The notes under the pieces: model-generated
What the model was told of the DNA's origin: nothing
Databases searched by the model: none
The model's input: only the letters and a program-made list of their open reading frames with translations
Translations under genes and position numbers: made by a program
Shown here: positions 9,967 to 19,520 of the stretch, piece after piece
Numbering within the stretch: the stretch's first letter is position 1
How the letters are laid out: each line of letters begins with the position of its first letter
DNA from: Candidatus Multivoradales bacterium
Lineage (GTDB): Bacteria > Acidobacteriota > Thermoanaerobaculia > Multivoradales > Multivoraceae
Assembly: GCA_965223325.1 (NCBI GenBank)
Contig: CBDCWI010000002.1
Span: 416,001-480,000, forward strand
Length of the DNA: 64,000 bases
Direction of reading: 5' to 3'

Positions 9967-10416
9967 TCAGGCCTCAGCGGGAGCCTCGGTGATGCGTTCC
10001 AGCAGCTCGCTGGGGATAGCGATCGAGCGCGGCCCGTCGCCCGTCAACTGGCAGCACACGGCGGTGATCTGCCCCCGTGCCACTTCCTTACCCTGGTGGT
10101 CGAAACAGAAACCCCAGGTGATCGACTTTCGACCGAGGCGCTCGATCCTCACCTTGATCTCGACTTCGTCTTCGAAACGTACCGGGCGAGTGAACGAGGC
10201 ACTCGACGTCACCCGTGGCCAACCGATCTGCTGGCCGCCGATTTCAGTGTGCACGCTGGTACCGACCGCGTTCCAAAACTCGTGCTCTGCCGCCTCCATG
10301 AACACGAAGTAGCGCGAGAAGTGAATGATGCCGGCCATGTCGGTGTCGGCGAACTCGATCCGCCTGCGGGTGGTGAACGCGAAGCGTCGACCCTGTTCAT
10401 CGACCTCTAGCTTCAT
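9967..10416 (-). CDS. Acyl-CoA thioesterase, hotdog fold (4HBT/YbgC family)
   Basis: RIEFADTDMAGIIHFSRYFVFMEAA motif; start overlaps GT stop (ATGA). Confidence 0.9.
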   Translation of the reverse strand: MKLEVDEQGRRFAFTTRRRIEFADTDMAGIIHFSRYFVFMEAAEHEFWNAVGTSVHTEIGGQQIGWPRVTSSASFTRPVRFEDEVEIKVRIERLGRKSITWGFCFDHQGKEVARGQITAVCCQLTGDGPRSIAIPSELLERITEAPAEA

Positions 10417-11723
10417 GATCGGTTCTCTGCCGCCACGGCGGCAATCGCCGCCTCGTAAGCGGCGATGGTGCTCGCCGCCATGGCCTTGTCTGAGTAGCGC
10501 TCGAGTACCGAGGTCCGACCCTGGGAACCCAGCTGGCGACGACGTTCCGGATCGCGAAGCAGCATCTCGATCCCAACGGCGAGGGCTTCGGGATCCCCGG
10601 GCTCGACCAGTACCCCGCCGCCGGTCGCCTCGATCATCTCGGGGAAGGCACCGTGCGCCGGCTGTACGACGGGCACTCCACTGGCCATCGCCTCGAGGAC
10701 CGGCAGCCCCTTGGGTTCCTGATAGACCGTGGGGACAGTGAGCACGTGCAGGCGATCGAGCATGTCGAGTTTCGCCTGGTGATCGATCTCGCCGTGGACT
10801 ACAACGTGCTCAGAAAGCCCCCACTCCTCGATGAGCGCGGTTTGCTCGTCCAGATAAGCGTGGTCGCGCCCACCGAGATAGCCGGCGATCTCGAAGCGCA
10901 CCTGGCCTGCCCCGAAGCGTCGACTGAGCAGGCGAAACGCCTGGGCGGCGTGGTGGAGCCCCTTCTCCGGGCAGATCCGGGCGATGTAGCCGACGACCCA
11001 AGGCGGTCCCTCAGCTTCGACGTTCTGATGGCCGTCTGTCGCGATGCCGAGCGGGGCCGTGTGGATCTTCTCGCGCGGCACAGAGAGAAGCTCCGCCATG
11101 CGGTCGGCGTACCACATGCTGGTTGAAACGAAGAGGTCGATGTCGCGACAGCGAGCACGCATCTCGCGGAGCACCTGCTCCTTCCAGGGATCTCTCAGGT
11201 CTTCGAGGAAGATGTCTTCGCCCTGCAAAGCACAAACGATGGGCACTCCTGGCAGGGCATCACGAATGCGATGGGCGATCCCCATCAACATCGAGTTGGT
11301 GATCTGCAGCACGTCGGGGCGGACTTCTTTGGCGAGCCAGCGCACCAGTTCGTCGAGCTCGCGGCTCTGGTCACCGTGCTCGCCGCGGAGCATCGAGAGC
11401 GTCAGGCCACCGAGAGAAGAGGCATCCGTGGCGGCGTTCGAGGTGCGTAGGAGCTTCAAGATGGCCGGCGAATCGAGCCACTTGACGAGTCGACGCGGAA
11501 TGCGCCGCCACAGCGCACTCTTCTCCTCGAGGTAGATATTGATCGCGCCGTAGAACACCCGCTCCGCCTCGACGCTCCCCTCGTCTGTGCGCAACGGGGT
11601 GTAGAGAGGCACCAGGACCGCGTCGTGACCCGCGGCACGTAGGGCGCGCACCAGGGTGACGTCACGAATGCAGCTGCCGCAGATCATTCCGGCAGCACCG
11701 GCCGCGACATAGACGATCTTCAT
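10413..11723 (-). CDS. Glycosyltransferase family 4 (GT-B) with N-terminal CxxC
   Basis: True start MKIVYVAAGAAGMICGSC at 11723 (ATGA overlap with symporter stop); ARICPEKG and EPKGLPVLEAMASGVPVV GT4 motifs. Confidence 0.88.
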   Translation of the reverse strand: MKIVYVAAGAAGMICGSCIRDVTLVRALRAAGHDAVLVPLYTPLRTDEGSVEAERVFYGAINIYLEEKSALWRRIPRRLVKWLDSPAILKLLRTSNAATDASSLGGLTLSMLRGEHGDQSRELDELVRWLAKEVRPDVLQITNSMLMGIAHRIRDALPGVPIVCALQGEDIFLEDLRDPWKEQVLREMRARCRDIDLFVSTSMWYADRMAELLSVPREKIHTAPLGIATDGHQNVEAEGPPWVVGYIARICPEKGLHHAAQAFRLLSRRFGAGQVRFEIAGYLGGRDHAYLDEQTALIEEWGLSEHVVVHGEIDHQAKLDMLDRLHVLTVPTVYQEPKGLPVLEAMASGVPVVQPAHGAFPEMIEATGGGVLVEPGDPEALAVGIEMLLRDPERRRQLGSQGRTSVLERYSDKAMAASTIAAYEAAIAAVAAENRS

Positions 11724-13225
11724 TGACGCTTTGACCGTCCTGAAGGTCCGCCGGCCACTTGCCCGGCCGGGAAGAAGCGTGCGATGTGCGCCGGCGCGGG
11801 TGCCGGGCCGAGGAGCGATCCCACGACCACGGCCACCGTCGATGCCAGAACCATCGCCGCAACCGGCATCACCCCGGTACCGAGAACCGAGTAGTCGGGT
11901 CGACCGAAACCCTGGGTGAAAAACCACACCCACGCGACGCACACCACAAAGAGCGCACACCACGCACCGGTCTTGTTCGCGCGGCGCCAGTAGAGTCCGG
12001 CAGCCAGGATCGGCACCAGAGCGGCAAAGCCCGAGAACGACCACACCGAAAGGCCGAAGATCGACGGGCCGGAAAGGAGGGAGAGCACATAGGTGACGGC
12101 AATGACGACCGCAACGAACAGTCGGCCGAAGAGCACCTGGCGTGTCTCGTCCATCGCCCCGACGAGGCCGTAGTGTCGCAGAACGTCCTGGGTGAACATC
12201 GTGCCGAGCGACAGCGACTGTGAGTCGAGCGACGACATGATCGCGGCGAACACCCCGGCACCGAGGAGCCCCGCAAGTGCCGCCGGCGCATGCAGAGCGA
12301 TCTGGCGAATCAGAATCGAGTTGGTCGCCGGGCCCTCGAGACCAGGGAAGTCGAGACGGCCGAGTGTGCCGAGAAGCACCATGGGCAGCCACACCGCTCC
12401 GATGCACAGTGGGTAGAAGATCACCGGAGGCTTGAAGGTCTCGGCTTTTTCGGCTGACAACCAGTGCAGAAAGATGTGCGGGAAGGCACCGACCGAAAGC
12501 GGCACAAAAGCATAGGTGATCGCTCGCACCAGGCTCAGGCGTTCGCCGCGCACCAGCATGTCGGGCCGTTCTTCGAACAGGCGCGTCATGGACGGTTCGA
12601 GACCACCGAGACTGCGCACGATGATCACTGCGGTGACCCCTCCCAACAGCATGAACAGCGAGGTCTGGAAGGTGTTGACCCAGGCCGTTCCTCGCATGCC
12701 ACCGAACGACACGTAGATCAGCACCACCGCACAGATCAGGAGACCGCCGAGCCACTGCGGCACTTGACCGTCGGTGATCTGAGCCAGCGTGATACCGCCA
12801 CCGAGAACACCAATCAAGAGGTAGGGCACGAGGAGCAGCACCATCACGATGAACATCGCCAGGCCAAAGGAGCTGCTCTCGAACCGATCGCGTAGGTACT
12901 GAACCTGGGTCAGATAGCCGTAGCGCTTGCCGAGCGCCCAAACCCGCAGGCCGACATAGAAGAAGACCACCGGAACGACGATCGCCGAAGACGACGCCAT
13001 CAGCGTGAAGACCCCGATGCCGACGCGGTAGCTCTCCGCAGAGGAACCGAGCAGCGCGAAGGACGTCATGTGCGTACCGAAGAGCGTCATCAACAGGACG
13101 AAGGGCCCGATCGTGCGACCCGCGACGAACCACTCCGAACCGCTACCCGCGCGAGCCCAGTGCCGCGACGAGACTCCGATGGCGGCCACCAATGCGAGGT
13201 AGCCGAGGATGATGCCGAGAGTCAC
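11720..13225 (-). CDS. Sodium:solute symporter (SSS) family transporter
   Basis: About 13 TM; WFVAGRTIGP, YLRDRF, YVSFGGMRGTAWVNTFQ, FAAIMSSLDSQ motifs. Confidence 0.92.
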   Translation of the reverse strand: MTLGIILGYLALVAAIGVSSRHWARAGSGSEWFVAGRTIGPFVLLMTLFGTHMTSFALLGSSAESYRVGIGVFTLMASSSAIVVPVVFFYVGLRVWALGKRYGYLTQVQYLRDRFESSSFGLAMFIVMVLLLVPYLLIGVLGGGITLAQITDGQVPQWLGGLLICAVVLIYVSFGGMRGTAWVNTFQTSLFMLLGGVTAVIIVRSLGGLEPSMTRLFEERPDMLVRGERLSLVRAITYAFVPLSVGAFPHIFLHWLSAEKAETFKPPVIFYPLCIGAVWLPMVLLGTLGRLDFPGLEGPATNSILIRQIALHAPAALAGLLGAGVFAAIMSSLDSQSLSLGTMFTQDVLRHYGLVGAMDETRQVLFGRLFVAVVIAVTYVLSLLSGPSIFGLSVWSFSGFAALVPILAAGLYWRRANKTGAWCALFVVCVAWVWFFTQGFGRPDYSVLGTGVMPVAAMVLASTVAVVVGSLLGPAPAPAHIARFFPAGQVAGGPSGRSKRQ

Positions 13226-13231
13226 AGCGGT

Positions 13232-13477
13232 CTAGCTCCTGGCCTCACCGGGAGCCGGCGGCTCGCTGTCATCGGTTCGAGCGGCCCACTGCTCGAGGTC
13301 ACGGGGCCAGGCAACCCGCACCAGAAACCAGAGCACAACCGCCGCTGCCAGGCAGAAGGCCACCTGATAGGCCAGCCCAATGGGCAGCCCCAAGACCAGT
13401 TGCGGGTCATTCCACCACCAGAAGTCGAGTCGCACCAGGAAGAGTGCAACCACCAGAGCTACTGCCAGACGTCTCAT
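13232..13477 (-). CDS. Small membrane protein, DUF3311-like (SSS partner)
   Basis: DFWWWNDPQLVLGLPIGLAYQV motif, 2 TM, immediately upstream of SSS gene. Confidence 0.8.
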   Translation of the reverse strand: MRRLAVALVVALFLVRLDFWWWNDPQLVLGLPIGLAYQVAFCLAAAVVLWFLVRVAWPRDLEQWAARTDDSEPPAPGEARS

Positions 13478-13517
13478 GTGCGCCAGAGTGTAGCCTGGAC
13501 AGTGCGTCAGACGAGCG

Positions 13518-13554
13518 CCTTGATCCCCCGGAAAGCAGGGTTGCAGGATCAAGG
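13518..13554. promoter_or_regulatory. Intergenic hairpin (terminator or operator)
   Basis: CCTTGATCC (13518-13526) / GGATCAAGG (13546-13554) perfect 9-bp inverted repeat. Confidence 0.35.
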
Positions 13555-13589
13555 TCGCGGTGGGACCAGCGTCGCAGTCTCGCGGCGGG

Positions 13590-14657
13590 CTATTCGGCCA
13601 GGAGTTGGCGATAGCGCGAAGCTGCTTCGATCGCCGCCCGGGGAATGGTCTCGACCGCGACCCGCTTCTTCTTCGCTGGCTGCTGCACCGAGGGTGCGAC
13701 TACCGGCACCATCGTCGTCGCGGTGGTCGGGCGATCGGTCCCCGTCGAGCCCTCGGCCGCCCCCACCGCGGCCGCCATGCGGGCAAGCTGCCCGCCGTCA
13801 CCACTCGCAGCCGAGTTTGCGCTCGCCGGCGGGTGCGCCGCCCCTGCCGAGCCTGCGTCAGGCAAAGACTCCTCGATCGGTGTGCCATCGATCGTCGCTT
13901 CGCCTTCGAACCAACCGTCACTCTCTGGTGTCGCGCCGGCCGGGCGCTCGACCCAACCGACCGACGCAACCTTCTCGACCATCCTGCCGAGGTCTTGGAG
14001 CGCCCGCCGGCGCTCGCTCGTGGTGCCTTCTGGAAGACGGTAGACCCGCTTCTCGATGCGTCGGGCGATGTCTCGAAAGGCCGGCGCGGCAGCGACCCAG
14101 CCCTCTGCCACCCGTAGATCGTGCCTTCTGACGACAGCCGCCACCTCGTTGACATAGTCATCCCAGCGCGCCTTCTCGTAGCGTTCGAGCCAGGAGCGTT
14201 GGTTGACTGCCTCGAACAGAATCTGGACCACACGGTTCGACGGCTTGGCAAAGTCGATCACCGTCGTGTTCGTACCCTCGGTCTTCTCGAGATGATCCTC
14301 GCGGCGCTCGAACATCGCCTCCCGAAACGCCAGGGCGTCCTCCTCCCGGGTGGTGATCTTCGGACCGCGGTCGCGCACCTTCGGCTTCGCCGCCTCCTCG
14401 GTAGCACGGGCGCTCGCCTCGAGGTCGATCGCATCGGTACGAATCATCGTCAACCGGCCAATGTGGTTGGTATAGGTGATGCGCCGGCCCTTGACCTCGT
14501 AGGGCCCCTGGGTCTCGATCGTTTCACCGTCCTTGGTCACCAGGACATCTGCAGGCAGAGAAGTCGGCGCCATCCAGGTGAAGCAAAGCGCCAGCATTAG
14601 AGTGAGCCGAGGGCCAGGTTGCGGAGGTTTCTTCACCGGTTTCTGCTCAGAGTCCAT
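13590..14657 (-). CDS. Hypothetical secreted protein
   Basis: Signal-peptide-like N-terminus (LTLMLALCFTWMAPTSLPA-D), small beta-rich domain DVLVTKDGETIETQGPYEVKG, low-complexity Ala/Thr/Pro C-terminal part. Confidence 0.65.
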   Translation of the reverse strand: MDSEQKPVKKPPQPGPRLTLMLALCFTWMAPTSLPADVLVTKDGETIETQGPYEVKGRRITYTNHIGRLTMIRTDAIDLEASARATEEAAKPKVRDRGPKITTREEDALAFREAMFERREDHLEKTEGTNTTVIDFAKPSNRVVQILFEAVNQRSWLERYEKARWDDYVNEVAAVVRRHDLRVAEGWVAAAPAFRDIARRIEKRVYRLPEGTTSERRRALQDLGRMVEKVASVGWVERPAGATPESDGWFEGEATIDGTPIEESLPDAGSAGAAHPPASANSAASGDGGQLARMAAAVGAAEGSTGTDRPTTATTMVPVVAPSVQQPAKKKRVAVETIPRAAIEAASRYRQLLAE

Positions 14658-15213
14658 GGTCCATCCCTGTTTCCAGTACCAGGTTTTTCTATTTTAGCTA
14701 GTAATTTGCCCATCGCCAAACGGTCCGCTCCTGTCCTCGGCTTACCTCCTGACCAACGTTGCGAAGCCGCTGACCCAGGCCTCACTGGAGAGAGCGCTTC
14801 GCTCGGGGCGAAGGCCATCCCCTCGACGAGATGGACCGCTCCGGTCTTGCGACCACGAGGAAGACGCGAAGTGACGTGCCCACGACGAACGATTGGACCC
14901 CACCCGCGGGCTCGAAGAGGCGTGACGCCGGGTGGGCGCTTCTACCTGGCTACTTGCGAGAACGCTGTAGCACCGTCGAGCGCCTGATTGAAAGTGCCAT
15001 CCAGAACGCCGTCACCGATCGCGCGATCGACGCCTCCAACTGGCTCGACGAGCGTCGCCCGTGCACCTCGAAGGGGCTGCCTGGCACCACCCGCGCCGCC
15101 CTCGGTCGGCCCAGTACCTGGTCGAAACCCGAGCCCCAGTCAGCGAGCGAGGCGACGAGTCTCGACCGGCCCAATTGCTTGGATCCACAGGATGGGCCAC
15201 ACGCAGGAGTGGC

Positions 15214-16803
15214 TCACTTCCAGAAGGAAACGTCGCCCGACTCGAAGCCGTCGGCGAACAGATGGGGCCCGACCGGCTCCCCGGTTTGCCAGCGTTCCTT
15301 TGCTGGGTTGCTGCATAGGGCCGGTCGCGAGTCGAGGGGCGCTGGCCAGGGCTTGTTGCCGTAGAACGCCGGGCGGCTCTCGAGGTATAGGGAGTCGGGG
15401 ATCTCCTGCGGGAGGCCGCTCTGCCAGGTCGTGCCAGCAGAAGTGTAGTTGCCGTGCTCGATGGTGTCCTCGACGCCGGCCTCGATCTCGATCTCTTCTC
15501 CAGCGCCCACCAAATCGTTGGCGATGAGGTTCTGACGATGCGATTGGTCGCTTACGTCGAGGCCTTCGCCTTCGAAGCAGTTGCGCAGGAGGGTGTTGCC
15601 CGGGCCGGCCGGGCCCCAGTAATCCGCGATGTGTGCCTCTTGTACGACGTTGCCTTCGAAGAGGTTGAACGCGGCGTAGTGGCCGTGAACTGAGATGTCG
15701 GGGGGCGACCAGCTTTCACCCGACACGGTTTCCCGCGAGTAGTTGTAGCCGAAGACGTTGCCGCTGGCGCCTACCTGGACGAGCATGGCATGGCGCAGCG
15801 ACTCGAAGACGTTGTTCTCGACCAGACAGTCGGTGGTGTGACGGCCGAGCTCGACACCGTAGCCATGGCCGCCGCTCCCGTAGTCGTGGCTGTGGTGGAG
15901 GTAGCTGTCGCGCACCAGGCAGCCGTAGGTGACCTGGGTGCTGATGTGGGCACGCACCGTGCTGGAAGTCTCGATCCCGATGAACCAGATGTTGGCGGCG
16001 TTTCGAACCCGCACGGTTTCGCCGTCGCCATCGTCTAAACGGTTGATCGACAGATGCTCGAGGCCGACTTCTTCGATCAGACCTTGCGGCCTGATGCGCG
16101 GATTGAGCGACGGTTCGTACGGGAAGTGCAGCGGGTCGCGCAGGGTCAGACTGTTACCCGAGCGCGCAGTGACCCACACGACCTCCCCTACCGAGCCGTC
16201 AGCCCACGAAACATCCCAGCGCGGATCGGTGTACATGATCTCGGGGTCGTTTTCCTGCTCGATCTCAGCCCAACCTGGAACGGTGAACGAAGAGGCGTCG
16301 GCAACGGTGACCTGGCGGGCACCCTTCGCCGCACCCGCGGGTACGCCGGTCCACTCACCCCGGTCGTAGCGCAGAATTTCGATCGGATCTTCGTCCCGAC
16401 CCGCGAGATCGAAGACCAGGCGACTCGAGGTTCCGACTCCCCGCAGGACGACCCGCGACTCGAGTTCGAGGTGCTGCTCTAGCAGGTAGTGGCCTGCGGG
16501 TACCAGGACGGTGCCCCCCGAAGCCGGCACCGCATCGATCGCAGCCTGAAACGCCGCGGCGTCATTGGCTACGCCATTGCCGTGGGCCCCGAAGTCGACC
16601 ACCGTGTGCACCACCGGGAAAACTGGTGGACCTTCGGCCATCGCCGGCTGCCAATCGACCGTGCGGTCGCTGGTGAGATAGGCGGGGGCCCGCCGCTCAG
16701 ACTGATTGAAGGCCTGCGCGGTGAGACCGCCGGCAGCCAGAAGCGTGAGCAAGAGGAGCACGCCCGTAGCCGGGCGGGCCAGGATCGAGGAAAAGTTCGG
16801 CAT
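15214..16803 (-). CDS. Secreted right-handed beta-helix protein (pectate lyase-3/GH28-like N-terminus) with C-terminal FADGFESG tag
   Basis: Signal peptide; VVDFGAHGNGVANDAAAFQAAIDA...GGTVLVPAGHY; Asn-ladder repeats (VENNVF, FEGNVV). Confidence 0.8.
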   Translation of the reverse strand: MPNFSSILARPATGVLLLLTLLAAGGLTAQAFNQSERRAPAYLTSDRTVDWQPAMAEGPPVFPVVHTVVDFGAHGNGVANDAAAFQAAIDAVPASGGTVLVPAGHYLLEQHLELESRVVLRGVGTSSRLVFDLAGRDEDPIEILRYDRGEWTGVPAGAAKGARQVTVADASSFTVPGWAEIEQENDPEIMYTDPRWDVSWADGSVGEVVWVTARSGNSLTLRDPLHFPYEPSLNPRIRPQGLIEEVGLEHLSINRLDDGDGETVRVRNAANIWFIGIETSSTVRAHISTQVTYGCLVRDSYLHHSHDYGSGGHGYGVELGRHTTDCLVENNVFESLRHAMLVQVGASGNVFGYNYSRETVSGESWSPPDISVHGHYAAFNLFEGNVVQEAHIADYWGPAGPGNTLLRNCFEGEGLDVSDQSHRQNLIANDLVGAGEEIEIEAGVEDTIEHGNYTSAGTTWQSGLPQEIPDSLYLESRPAFYGNKPWPAPLDSRPALCSNPAKERWQTGEPVGPHLFADGFESGDVSFWK

Positions 16804-16860
16804 ATGCCGATATTACTATAGTTCTGCGCCTTCGGCCATCCCGATCCTCAAAGCCGCTCG

Positions 16861-18135
16861 TCAGCCCGCTGTAGGAACGGACCCGGCTGCCGTCTCCTCG
16901 CGAGCCGCCGCCAACATGGCGTTCATGTCGCGGTACATGGCACTGAAGTCGGTTTCGAAGACGTCGCCGATCAGGACCCGGGTGACTGCACTTTGATGCT
17001 CTGGATGTTTCTTCAAGAACCGGCCGAAGCTGAACTCAGGGTCGTAGAACGAGCGCACCAGACCGAGCACCGCGGAGATCCCCCGCTCGAGTCGCCCCCT
17101 GAAGGAACCGATGCGCTCACCGGAGAGATCGCCCTCGGCGATCGCAAGGACGGCTGTGTCAGCCGCCATCACTCCGGCGTGTAGGGCCAGAAACACCCCC
17201 GACGAATACACCGGATCGATGAAGCTGAAGGCATCTCCCACCAGAACCCAACCGTCGCCCGCCATGCGCTCGAACTGATACGAAAAATCACGCACCATGT
17301 CGACTGGACGACACTGCACTGCACCCTCGAGCCGCCGTCTGATTTCGGGACAGCGCCTCGTCTCCTCGAAGAAGACCTCGTGCGGCAACTTGCCGCTACG
17401 CTTCATCGCCGCGGCGGGTCCCACGACGCCGATCGAGACCACGTCATCGGGTAGTGGGATGTACCAGAACCAGGAGTCGCCTTCGGGAACCGTCTGCAGA
17501 ATCAGGGTGGCGCCCTCGTCGACGCCTTCATCGCGCCAGGCTCCTTTGAACCAGGTAAAGATCGAGGCGTGACGCAGGTCGTAGTCCTTCTTGCCGAGAT
17601 CGAAGTGTCGCCCGAGAACCGTGCTCTGCCCACTCCCGTCGATGAAAACCTTCAACGAGACCTCGGCCTCGCAGCCTTCTTTGTCACGCAGGCAAACGCC
17701 GGTGACCTGCGCGCCGTCGCGAACGACGTCATGCACACTCAGGCCGCGCAAGCACTCCGCGCCCCGCTCTCGGGCACACTCGAAAAGCATCTGATCGAAG
17801 TCGGCCCGTCTTACCTGCCAGGTTCGAGCGCGCTCCTCTGGAACTTCGTCCTTGAAGTAGAACGGCGCTGAGGCGCGACCATTCCTGGCGTAGAACTGCA
17901 CACTGTGCTTCTCGACGAAGTTCGACTCCTTCAACTTCTCGAGTGCCCCCATGCGTACCAAAGCATCGTAGGTCTCGGGCATCAGCGACTCACCAATCTT
18001 GAATCGCGGTGCCTCATCACGCTCGACGAGAAGGGTACTGAGACCTTCGCGAGCCGCGACTGCCGCTGCCGCGCAGCCGGCCGGCCCGGCGCCCACGACC
18101 ACCACGTCATAGGCGTCTCGCAGAGGGGCGCTCAT
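16861..18135 (-). CDS. Flavin-dependent halogenase-family oxidoreductase
   Basis: GAGPAG FAD motif, RFKIGESL, Lys76 in FVEKHS, WFWYIP (WxWxIP), GDAFSFIDPVYSSGV; ATGA-coupled to radical SAM gene. Confidence 0.85.
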   Translation of the reverse strand: MSAPLRDAYDVVVVGAGPAGCAAAAVAAREGLSTLLVERDEAPRFKIGESLMPETYDALVRMGALEKLKESNFVEKHSVQFYARNGRASAPFYFKDEVPEERARTWQVRRADFDQMLFECARERGAECLRGLSVHDVVRDGAQVTGVCLRDKEGCEAEVSLKVFIDGSGQSTVLGRHFDLGKKDYDLRHASIFTWFKGAWRDEGVDEGATLILQTVPEGDSWFWYIPLPDDVVSIGVVGPAAAMKRSGKLPHEVFFEETRRCPEIRRRLEGAVQCRPVDMVRDFSYQFERMAGDGWVLVGDAFSFIDPVYSSGVFLALHAGVMAADTAVLAIAEGDLSGERIGSFRGRLERGISAVLGLVRSFYDPEFSFGRFLKKHPEHQSAVTRVLIGDVFETDFSAMYRDMNAMLAAAREETAAGSVPTAG

Positions 18136-19520
18136 GTGTAGCGCGCCCCTTGATACTTCTCGTCATAGAACGCCGGCAGCAATTGATCGACCCGCAAGAG
18201 GCCGCCCGGAGTCAACCGGATCTCGTCCTCGCCGAAGGTGAGCAGGCCTTCGGCTTCGAGCTCCTCCCATTGCGAGCGCCACTCGAGCACTACGTCTGAA
18301 GCAAACTTGTCCTGGAAGTAGCGGGGATCGATCACCCCGTACTTGAGCTGCAGAATGAGCTCCCGAGTCAATTGCTCACGCAGCGACATCTTGAAGGCGC
18401 GGCGCACCGCCATGCCACCCAGTGCCTGCTCCGTGCGGGTTTCGATGCGTTCGAGGTAGTCGCCGAAACGATCGGCGTTCTGGAAATGCACCCCGCTCAT
18501 GTGACCGAACGACGAGACCCCGGCGCCAATCATGTCGGCACCCCGCCAGAGCTTCTCGGTGTAGACGAAGCGACAGTCGCGATCTCGCCGCAGCAGCGTG
18601 TAAGCGCTCCACTTCTCGAAGCCCGCCTTCTCCAACTCCTCGATGGCATAGGCGTGCCAGGCGCGTTTGGTCGACCAATCGGCGAACTCGAGGCCTGAGT
18701 CTCCGCGCAGTTTGTCTTTGGAGTAGACCGTATTGAACGGCAGCTCCATCTGATAGATCGTCACGCTGTCGGGGTCCCAGTCGATCGTCTTCTGGACGGT
18801 CTCTTTCCAGGTTTCCCAACTCTCCCCCACCATTCCGGCGATCAAATCGATGTTGACCTGCGGGAAATCGAGCGCCTCGAGCCAGGGCTTGACCCGATCG
18901 ATCTCGCGCGTCAGGTGGGCGCGACCGTTCTCCTCGAGAATCCGGTCGTTGAAGTTCTCGATACCGACCGAAAGCCGGGTGACACCGATCTCGCGCAGTG
19001 CTTCGAGCTTCGACTGAGTCAGCGTACCCGGCTCGCACTCGAAGGCGATCTCTTCGGTACGGTTCCAGGGCAGCGCGGCCTTCAAACGCTCGACCAGGGG
19101 CAACAGCTGCTTCACCGCGATGTAGGACGGCGTTCCGCCGCCGAAGTAGACGTAGTTGAGTGGCCGGTCGCGCACCGCCGCGGTCTCGGCCCAACGCTCG
19201 ACCTCGGTGCCCAGGGCCTCGAGGTAACGCTGGATCTGCTCGGCGTTCTTGTCTGTGTAGACACGGAAGTAACAGAACTTGCAGCGCTTGCGACAGAAAG
19301 GAATGTGCAGGTAGAGACCAAGCGGCGTGTTCGGGCGCGGGGCGGAGGCGAAGGCCCGATGAGCCGCCTCGAGATCCTCTTCCTGATCACTCCACACCGA
19401 ATATGGCGGGTAGTTCGAAACGAAGACCGAACCGACTCCAGTCGCCTCGAGGTCGAGGTGCGCCGTGGCCGGCTCACTCCGCGTCGGTCGGGGCCCGGCG
19501 TTGTCAGGAGAAGTCGTCAT
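18132..19520 (-). CDS. HemN-like (class C) radical SAM enzyme
   Basis: YLHIPFCRKRCKFCYF, YFGGGTPS, ECEP, TRLSVG, NIDLIAG, GAGVSSFG and HemN_C-like tail. Confidence 0.88.
   Translation of the reverse strand: MTTSPDNAGPRPTRSEPATAHLDLEATGVGSVFVSNYPPYSVWSDQEEDLEAAHRAFASAPRPNTPLGLYLHIPFCRKRCKFCYFRVYTDKNAEQIQRYLEALGTEVERWAETAAVRDRPLNYVYFGGGTPSYIAVKQLLPLVERLKAALPWNRTEEIAFECEPGTLTQSKLEALREIGVTRLSVGIENFNDRILEENGRAHLTREIDRVKPWLEALDFPQVNIDLIAGMVGESWETWKETVQKTIDWDPDSVTIYQMELPFNTVYSKDKLRGDSGLEFADWSTKRAWHAYAIEELEKAGFEKWSAYTLLRRDRDCRFVYTEKLWRGADMIGAGVSSFGHMSGVHFQNADRFGDYLERIETRTEQALGGMAVRRAFKMSLREQLTRELILQLKYGVIDPRYFQDKFASDVVLEWRSQWEELEAEGLLTFGEDEIRLTPGGLLRVDQLLPAFYDEKYQGARYT

Noticed and set aside
11724-13133. 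906-aa ORF suggesting a large N-terminal extension on the glycosyltransferase
   Set aside because: The extension is an Arg-rich off-frame read of the SSS gene; the real start is the coupled ATG at 11723
18132-19520. Heme biosynthesis hemN or heme chaperone hemW
   Set aside because: Diagnostic motifs differ and no hem genes are nearby
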